Shown: piece by piece, positions 53,504 to 60,194 of the stretch
Position numbering within the stretch: the first letter of the stretch is position 1
How the letters are laid out: every line of letters begins with the position of its first letter
Source of the DNA: a bacterium
Lineage (GTDB): Bacteria; Actinomycetota; Acidimicrobiia; Spongiisociales; JAENVV01
Assembly: GCA_024639975.1 (NCBI GenBank)
Contig: JAHEFX010000004.1
Span: 1-60,194 of the forward strand
DNA length: 60,194 nucleotides
Direction: 5' to 3'
The notes under the pieces: generated by a model
What the model was told of the DNA's origin: nothing
The model's input: only the letters and a program-made list of their open reading frames with translations
The model's database searches: none
Position numbers and translations under genes: made by a program

Positions 53504-56479
53504 ATGACACGACACACCACAGGGGACGAGATCCGGCTGGGACCGGATGAGTGGGACGACGCCATCGCGGCCACCGGAGGGCCCCAGCTGGTCGTCGCCG
53601 GGCCCGGCGCCGGCAAGACCGAGTTCCTGGTCCGGAGGGCCGCACATCTCGTGGCCACGGGCGTCGACCCGAGAACGATCGTCGTCCTCACGTTCTCGCG
53701 GCGTGGTGCGGCCGAGCTGACGACGCGGATCCGACGATCCGTCGATCCGGAGACGCCGGCCCCGCGGGCCGTCACCTTCCACTCCCTTGCTGCCCGGATC
53801 GTCGAAGCGTTCGGCGAGGTGGTCGGCTGGTCCGAGCCGCCGGCGCTCCTCACCGGCCCCGAACAGGTCGACCTGGTCGCCCGCCTCCTCACCGAGCAGT
53901 CGGCGTCGAACTGGCCGGTCGGGTTCCAGCCCTTGCTCGAGTCGAGGTCCTTTGCCGAGGAGGTCACCGACTTCCTGCTCCGGGCCCGGGAGTACACCCT
54001 CGGCCAGGACGACCTGGTCGCGGCGACCGCCGGCAGGGCCGATTGGGTGGCACTCCCCCGGTTCGACCGCGAGTACGACCGGGCACTCGCCGACCAGCAC
54101 CGCCTCGACTACGCCTCCTTGATCCTGGCGGCCACCCGAATCGCCCAGAGCGAGGAGGTCGTCGACCAACTCGCCCGCGACATCAGTCATGTCCTCGTCG
54201 ACGAGTACCAGGACACCACCGCCGCCCAGGCCGACTTCCTCGGGGCCTTGACGGCGGGCTCGTCGAACCTGACCGTCGCTGCCGACCCGTATCAGTCCAT
54301 CTACTCGTTCCGCGGAGCCGCCCTCGAGAACGTCGACCGATTCCGAACCCAGTTCATGGCCCCCGACGGCTCGCCCGCCCGTCGAGTGGTATTGACGACG
54401 TCGTTCCGCGTTCCCGCCGGGATCCTGCGACCCGCCGAGCGGCTCACCGCAGGCGACCTGCCGGGAGCAGCCGGTCCGGTCTCGCCGGCGGGCGATGGCG
54501 GCCGTGTCGACGTTCGGGTGTTCGACCAGCGAACCCACGAAGCCGACTGGATCGCGTCCGAGCTACATCGGCTGCACCTCGTCGAGCAGATCCCTCTGCA
54601 GCGCATGGCGGTGGCCGTTCGGTCCACCCGCCGGCTGCTCCCCGACCTCTCGCGGGCCCTCGAGCGCCGTGGCCTTCCCCACGACCGGCCGGACAGCCGT
54701 CTGGTCGACCACCCCGCCGTCCGGGCGGTGGCCGACATCGTTTCGTTGGCCGCCGACGATGGCTCCCTCTCCGAGGCAGACCAGCGGCGTGCGGCGCGTC
54801 GCCTGCTCCTGGGCCCGCTCGTCGGCCTCCCCCTGGGTGCCGAGCGGGAGGCCCTCCGTGAGCGGGTGGGCTCTCGCGCCGACTGGGCCTCGGTGTTCCG
54901 AGGGATCGGCGAGGAGACCGCCGCGCTCGCCGACCTGATCGACGACGGGAACTGGGCGACCGACTCGGGAGCCGCCGACGGGTTCTGGCACCTCTGGTCC
55001 GGTCTCCCGTCGCTCACCGACCGCTGCCTAGCCGACGACGGTTGGCGAGCCGCCTGCACGTCGTTCTCCCAGACCCTCTCCCAGCTCGCCGAGCGCGACG
55101 CCGGCACCGACCTGGCCTCCTACCTGCGACTGGCCGAAGCCGACGACTTCGAGGCGACGCCGCTGCTCCGCCACGACCCGGCCAACGAGGACCGGCTCGT
55201 CGTCACCACCCTCCACCAACTCAAGGGTCTCCAGTTCGATGTCGTGGTGATCGCCGATGCGGTCGACGGCATTCTTCCCGACCTGCGGCGCTCGGTCTCG
55301 ATCCTCAACACCCACCTCCTCCCGGAGGCCCGCCGAGACCCGGTGGAGGCAGCTCGATTCCGGGTCCAGGAGGAGATGCGCCTCGCCTACACGGCGATGA
55401 CGAGGGCCTCCGAGCGAGTCATCTGGACCGCCACCGCCGAAGGCAAGGACGAGACCGAGGACCGCCCTTCGCGTTTCCTGACGGCGGTCACCGACCGGGA
55501 CCCGGCCCTCACCCAGACAAGCCCCCGACGACCGGTCACTCCCCTGGAGGCCGAAGCCGAGCTTCGACGGACCCTCGGTGACCCGGGGGCCCCGGCCGCC
55601 CAACGCCTTGCTGCAGCCGCCGTCATCACCGATTCCGAGATGCCTCACCTCCGCCCCATCGAGGCGCTGCCGGGCATCCGCGAGCCGGGGCCGACGGCCG
55701 GTCTGATACCCGAGTCAGCCGCCTTCTCGCCGAGCCAGGCCCAGGCCTTCGATGCCTGTCCCCGCTCCTACGCCCTCGGTCGGCATCTCGGGATCGGAGA
55801 CGAGCCCTCGCTCTACATGACGTTCGGAAGCCTGGTCCATGCGGTCGCCGAGCACGCCGACCGAGCAGCCTTGGAACGAGGAACACCCGCCACCGCAAGG
55901 GAGGCCCTTGCGGTTCTCGACGCCAAGTTCCACCCCGGCGACTTCGGGGGCCCGCCGTGGTCAGACCATTGGCACCGGCGCGCCGTCGAGGCCGTGGAGA
56001 ACCTCTACACGATGCCCCCGGGCGCCGGCTCCACGCCGGCCGTGGTCGAGCGACCCCTGGTGCTGGAGATCGATGGCGAGCACTGGCGGGGTCGCGCCGA
56101 CCGCATCGACGCCGACGACGGGTCATTGAAGGTCATCGACTACAAGACCGGCAAGAACCCCGCCAGCGCCAAGGACACGAAGGAGAGCCTCCAGCTCGGC
56201 TTCTACGCGTTGGCGGCCGCAGCCGATCCGGAGGTCGCCGGGCTCGGCACGGTCGACGGAGCCGAGCTGTGGTTCCCGCTGGCGGCACAGAAGCGCGGCT
56301 TCGCAACGCGTCCTTTCGACATGGCCAACCTTGAGGGTGTTCGGGAACGCCTGGCCGAGATCGCGACGTCCATACGCCGGGAGGAGTTCCCGCCGAACGT
56401 GGGAGCGGCATGCGACCGGTGCCCCGTCCGGATCCTCTGCGACGAATGGCCCGAGGGTCGGGAGGCGTTCGTCCCTTGA
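53504..56479 (+). CDS. adnA: UvrD-like helicase/RecB-like nuclease, AdnA-like
   Basis: AGPGAGKT, DEYQD, QSIYSFRGA, EEMRLAYTAMTRA; C-terminal GRADRID...IDYKTG with a C...CxxC...C staple. Confidence 0.85.
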   Translation: MTRHTTGDEIRLGPDEWDDAIAATGGPQLVVAGPGAGKTEFLVRRAAHLVATGVDPRTIVVLTFSRRGAAELTTRIRRSVDPETPAPRAVTFHSLAARIVEAFGEVVGWSEPPALLTGPEQVDLVARLLTEQSASNWPVGFQPLLESRSFAEEVTDFLLRAREYTLGQDDLVAATAGRADWVALPRFDREYDRALADQHRLDYASLILAATRIAQSEEVVDQLARDISHVLVDEYQDTTAAQADFLGALTAGSSNLTVAADPYQSIYSFRGAALENVDRFRTQFMAPDGSPARRVVLTTSFRVPAGILRPAERLTAGDLPGAAGPVSPAGDGGRVDVRVFDQRTHEADWIASELHRLHLVEQIPLQRMAVAVRSTRRLLPDLSRALERRGLPHDRPDSRLVDHPAVRAVADIVSLAADDGSLSEADQRRAARRLLLGPLVGLPLGAEREALRERVGSRADWASVFRGIGEETAALADLIDDGNWATDSGAADGFWHLWSGLPSLTDRCLADDGWRAACTSFSQTLSQLAERDAGTDLASYLRLAEADDFEATPLLRHDPANEDRLVVTTLHQLKGLQFDVVVIADAVDGILPDLRRSVSILNTHLLPEARRDPVEAARFRVQEEMRLAYTAMTRASERVIWTATAEGKDETEDRPSRFLTAVTDRDPALTQTSPRRPVTPLEAEAELRRTLGDPGAPAAQRLAAAAVITDSEMPHLRPIEALPGIREPGPTAGLIPESAAFSPSQAQAFDACPRSYALGRHLGIGDEPSLYMTFGSLVHAVAEHADRAALERGTPATAREALAVLDAKFHPGDFGGPPWSDHWHRRAVEAVENLYTMPPGAGSTPAVVERPLVLEIDGEHWRGRADRIDADDGSLKVIDYKTGKNPASAKDTKESLQLGFYALAAAADPEVAGLGTVDGAELWFPLAAQKRGFATRPFDMANLEGVRERLAEIATSIRREEFPPNVGAACDRCPVRILCDEWPEGREAFVP

Positions 56480-59400
56480 ACGAACCCACCCCCACGCCCG
56501 AGCAACAGGCGATCCTCGATGCCGGGCGCGGTCCGATGCGGATCGACGCCGGTGCCGGCACCGGCAAGACCTGGACCCTCGTCGCCAAGATCGCCTCGCT
56601 CGTGGAGCGAGGGGTGCCTCCGGAACGGATCCTCGGCATCACCTTCACCAACAAGGCCGCCGGTGAGCTGGCCGGCCGGGTACGGGGGGCGGTCGCCGAA
56701 CTGGTGGACATCGGGATCGAGGTCGACATCCACACCTACCACGGGTTCGCCGCCCGGGTCCTGCGGGAGTTCGGTCCCTTCGTGGGCGTGGAGCGCGACG
56801 CCAGGGTCATCACCCCCACGTTCTCCCGGCAGCTCCTGATCGAGTCCATCTCCGAGACACCGGACCTCGAACTGCTGAACCTCACCTACCTCCCAGCCGT
56901 GCTGGACCCGCTGGCGTCGCTGACCCAATCCATGTCAGACAACCTCGTCGACCCCGGAGTCCTGCTCTCGCCCGACCCCGATGACGACATCGAACGACGA
57001 CGGGCCCAACTCGCTTCCGTGGTGGTCGAGTACCGGAGCGAGAAGGCCCGTCTGGGGGTCCTCGACTACGGCGACCTCATCGCTCGGGCCCACGAGCTCG
57101 TCTCGACCCGGCCGGAGGTTCGCGACCGGATCGCCGATCGGTATGAAGTCATCCTGCTCGACGAGTACCAGGACACCGACCCCGCCCAGCGCCACCTACT
57201 GCAGCAGCTGTTCGGTGACGCCCGTACGGTGATCGCCGTCGGCGACCCCGACCAGACGATCTACGAATGGCGAGGGGCCTCCATCGAGAACTTCGAGGCC
57301 TTCCCGGAGCACTTCCCCACGGCTGACGGCAGCCCGGCCCCCACCCTGCCGCTCTCGCTGAACCGACGATCGGGCCAACTCATCCTCGACGTCGCCAACG
57401 CCGTGCGAGCCGAAGTGGGCGATGCGGCTCGGGCCCCGCTCCGCGCACCGGACGGCACGCCGGCCGGTTCCGTGACCGTCGGCTACCACCGCACCGCCGT
57501 CGATGAGGCGGCCGCCATCGCCGACCTGGTCCTCGAGCACCGCAACGAGGGCCTCGACTACCGCCAGATGGCCGTCCTCGTCCGATCGAGCTCCGCCATC
57601 TCCCCGGTTCGGGCAGCGTTGGCAGACGCAGACATCCCCGTGGAGGTGGCGAGTCTCGGGGGGTTGTTGGATGTGCCCGAGATCGTCGAGATACATGCAT
57701 GGTTGCGCCTCCTCCACGACGCCTCCGACTCGGTGGCCTTCGCCCGGTTGGCGATGGGCTCGCGGGGACGCCTCGGACCTGCCGAGCTGAAGCCACTCGC
57801 CGATTGGGTCCATGCCGGTCGCCATGGTGTCGCCCGGACACTCACCGAGGCGCTCGACCATCTCGACGAGCTCGACGTGTCACCGGAGGCGAACGCCGTC
57901 CTGGGTGGCCTCCGCGATCGCCTTCGACGTCTGCTTCCGGCCGCCCAGGGACTCAGCCTCTCCGAGCTGGTGCGGGAGGTCCTCGGCGAGATCGACGCGT
58001 GGCGGGACATCGAGTCGCTCCCTCCGGCCGCCGCCCTGTCCGGCCGCCTCAACCTCTACCGGTTCCTGGACCTCGCCGAGGAGTGGAGCCCATTGGAGGG
58101 CCGCCCGTCGCTCGAGGCGTTCCTCGAGCACCTGGCCCTGCTCGGCGAGGAACGGACCGAGGAGCCCGAGGCTGCCCGGCTCTCGGGCGAGGATGCCGTC
58201 ACCATCGTGACCGTCCACCGGGCGAAGGGCCTCGAGTGGGAGGTGGTGTTCCTCCCGTCGGTGGTCGACGCCCGCTTCCCCATCACCGGGCGCGCCTTCG
58301 ACGACCCGTTCTCCAAGCCGGCTTCCCTCCCCCACCGCCTTCGGCTGGACTCCAATGCCCTGCCGTGGCTCGACCCCGACGACAAGAAGCAGCGCGAGGA
58401 CGTGCTGCGCGAGCACGCCCTCGCAGCCGAGTGGCGCCTCGCCTACGTGGCCGTCACCCGGGCCCGCCAGTTCCTCCATGTCTCGGGGGCCCACTGGTAC
58501 GGCAGTCCACAGACCCTGAAGAACGCCAAACGGCCTTCGCCTCTCTACGAGGTCGTCGCCCGGGTCGACGGCGTGGACGACCTCGGAACGGCTGATCCCG
58601 GCGAGCGACCGGACACGCTCGTCCCGCCGACGCGGCACTCGGCTCCCGATCCCCTCTTCCGGGATGGCTGGGATGGCGCCCTTCGGTCGGCGGCGGAGCG
58701 TCCGGACTGGCCGGCGACACTCGCCGCCGAGCTGGGCATCACCGCGGCATACGATGAAGCGGTGGCCGACTTCCAGGACATGCTCTTCTCGCTTCCGGAG
58801 CCGCCGGCGTCGGAAACTGCCGAGGCGGCTCCGACGGTCTCGGTCTCGGGGCTCGTGACCTACGCCCGGTGTCCCAAGCAGTACTTCTGGAGCCATGTCG
58901 AGCCACTGCCGCGTCGCCCGAATCCGGCCGCGGCACGAGGGGTGGCCGTCCACCGCAAGATCGAGCTCCACAACCTGGGCCACCTCCCACTCGACGACGC
59001 CGGCGAGGCCGTGTACGACGTGACCGAGCCCGTATCACCCCCGGACGGTCGGGTCGGGGCGTGGGAGGCGTTCCAGGATTCCCGCTATGCGACCGAGCGG
59101 CCCCTCCTGGTCGAAGCGCCGTTCGAGACCGTCGCCCACGGCACCACCATCCGGGGACGGATCGATGCCATCTACGGCGACGACTCGGCCTGGGAGATCG
59201 TCGACTTCAAATCCGGCAGACCCACCGACGACCCGGCAGTCGGCATCCAACTCGACGCCTATGCCATCGCCGTCGCCGACGGCGCCGTCTCCCGGTCCCA
59301 GCCCGACGATCTGACGGTCTCTTTCGCCTATCTGGGAGACGGCCTCAGCGTTCGATCGAGGAAGCTGGACGCCGAGGAGCTGGCTTCTGCCCGGTCCAGG

Positions 59401-59514
59401 GTGGAGGCGGTCGTGTCGGGTCTGACCGCCGAGGACTTCGCACCAAGGCCGGGCGACCGCTGCCGGCGCTGCGACTTCGTCGACGTCTGCCCCGAGGGAC
59501 GGACCCAGCTCTAG
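56476..59514 (+). CDS. adnB: UvrD-like helicase/RecB-like nuclease, AdnB-like
   Basis: [43 protein letters not shown]; GRIDA...IVDFKSG; TTG overlaps the adnA stop. Confidence 0.87.
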   Translation: MNEPTPTPEQQAILDAGRGPMRIDAGAGTGKTWTLVAKIASLVERGVPPERILGITFTNKAAGELAGRVRGAVAELVDIGIEVDIHTYHGFAARVLREFGPFVGVERDARVITPTFSRQLLIESISETPDLELLNLTYLPAVLDPLASLTQSMSDNLVDPGVLLSPDPDDDIERRRAQLASVVVEYRSEKARLGVLDYGDLIARAHELVSTRPEVRDRIADRYEVILLDEYQDTDPAQRHLLQQLFGDARTVIAVGDPDQTIYEWRGASIENFEAFPEHFPTADGSPAPTLPLSLNRRSGQLILDVANAVRAEVGDAARAPLRAPDGTPAGSVTVGYHRTAVDEAAAIADLVLEHRNEGLDYRQMAVLVRSSSAISPVRAALADADIPVEVASLGGLLDVPEIVEIHAWLRLLHDASDSVAFARLAMGSRGRLGPAELKPLADWVHAGRHGVARTLTEALDHLDELDVSPEANAVLGGLRDRLRRLLPAAQGLSLSELVREVLGEIDAWRDIESLPPAAALSGRLNLYRFLDLAEEWSPLEGRPSLEAFLEHLALLGEERTEEPEAARLSGEDAVTIVTVHRAKGLEWEVVFLPSVVDARFPITGRAFDDPFSKPASLPHRLRLDSNALPWLDPDDKKQREDVLREHALAAEWRLAYVAVTRARQFLHVSGAHWYGSPQTLKNAKRPSPLYEVVARVDGVDDLGTADPGERPDTLVPPTRHSAPDPLFRDGWDGALRSAAERPDWPATLAAELGITAAYDEAVADFQDMLFSLPEPPASETAEAAPTVSVSGLVTYARCPKQYFWSHVEPLPRRPNPAAARGVAVHRKIELHNLGHLPLDDAGEAVYDVTEPVSPPDGRVGAWEAFQDSRYATERPLLVEAPFETVAHGTTIRGRIDAIYGDDSAWEIVDFKSGRPTDDPAVGIQLDAYAIAVADGAVSRSQPDDLTVSFAYLGDGLSVRSRKLDAEELASARSRVEAVVSGLTAEDFAPRPGDRCRRCDFVDVCPEGRTQL

Positions 59515-59969
59515 ACGACCCGTCCGTCAGCGGTCTCGACCACCAAGGTCACCGGCCCGTCGTTGACCAGCGACACCTCCATCATCGCTCCGAACACGCC
59601 GGTCTCGACCGGGATGCCGAGACGGTCGACCGCCTGCACGAACGACTCGTAGAGCGGCTCCGCCACCTCCGGTCGGGCTGCTGCCGTGAACGACGGCCGT
59701 CGGCCCTTGCGAACGTCGGCATGGAGCGTGAACTGGGAGATCGCCAGGACCGACCCGCCCACATCGACCACCGACTTGTCGAAGCCCGACATCCCATCCC
59801 CTCTGAAGATCCGCATACCGACCAGCTTGGCCGCCAGGGAGTCGACATCGGACTGCCCGTCGCCGTCGGCCACGCCGAGCAGGACCACGAGGCCTTGCCC
59901 GATCTCGCCGACGACGTCACCGTCGACCCGGACCGAAGCCCCCAAGACCCGTTGCACCACTGCTCGCAT
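59511..59969 (-). CDS. dtd: D-aminoacyl-tRNA deacylase
   Basis: [25 protein letters not shown]...NDGPVT. Confidence 0.97.
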   Translation of the reverse strand: MRAVVQRVLGASVRVDGDVVGEIGQGLVVLLGVADGDGQSDVDSLAAKLVGMRIFRGDGMSGFDKSVVDVGGSVLAISQFTLHADVRKGRRPSFTAAARPEVAEPLYESFVQAVDRLGIPVETGVFGAMMEVSLVNDGPVTLVVETADGRVV

Positions 59970-60064
59970 GGGCGGTCACCCTACGGCGCAGGCGGATGGA
60001 GCCCGGATTCCTGCCGGTGGATATGCCCCGACGCCCCCGGAACCCTGGCCCTACGCTTCGGGTC

Positions 60065-60194
60065 ATGCGAGAACGGAAGTCCCGACTCCACCTCGCGATC
60101 CTGCTCCCCCACCTCCGTGCCAGGTCCGGGATCGCCGCCGTCACCCTGACCCTCGTGGTCGGGACGGTCGCGCTCGACCTGACCGTGCCGGTGC
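60065..60194 (+). CDS. Partial ORF, probably the N-terminal TM domain of an ABC exporter (runs off window end)
   Basis: MRERKSRLHLAILLPHLRARSGIAAVTLTLVVGTVALDLTVPV... Confidence 0.45.
   Translation, partial: MRERKSRLHLAILLPHLRARSGIAAVTLTLVVGTVALDLTVPV

Overview
High-GC actinobacterial chromosomal window. The gene set and order (plsX within the rnc-rpmF block, AdnAB, heliorhodopsin, many apparently leaderless genes) suggest Acidimicrobiia; this is inference. It contains the conserved ffh...ftsY-smc-mutM-rnc-plsX-rpmF-yceD-coaD-rsmD-recG-rpmB housekeeping block. Metabolic genes include dxs, a cytochrome c/SCO/PCuAC copper cluster, ppc, a flavin monooxygenase, upp, astD, paaABCDE, a sulfite-oxidase-family enzyme, pyrimidine nucleoside phosphorylase, etfBA, bkdA1A2, fabI and a Glu/Leu/Phe/Val dehydrogenase. 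Most notable: (1) a ~515-nt intergenic segment at ~51.72-52.23 kb with a sigma-A-like -10 box, more than ten hairpins (many capped by GNRA/UUCG tetraloops) and a terminal stem, which looks like a large structured ncRNA that is not RNase P, tmRNA or SRP RNA; (2) an intact heliorhodopsin between recG and rpmB; (3) a small accessory region after etfA punctuated by three copies of a 17-20 bp direct repeat, possibly att scars; (4) an alpha/beta-hydrolase, membrane-anchored MurF and Ddl triad; (5) a 39-aa ORF ending in an ssrA-like degron. No CRISPR array, rRNA, tRNA or intact transposase/integrase was seen. All calls come from reading the sequence and recognising motifs; no database search was run.
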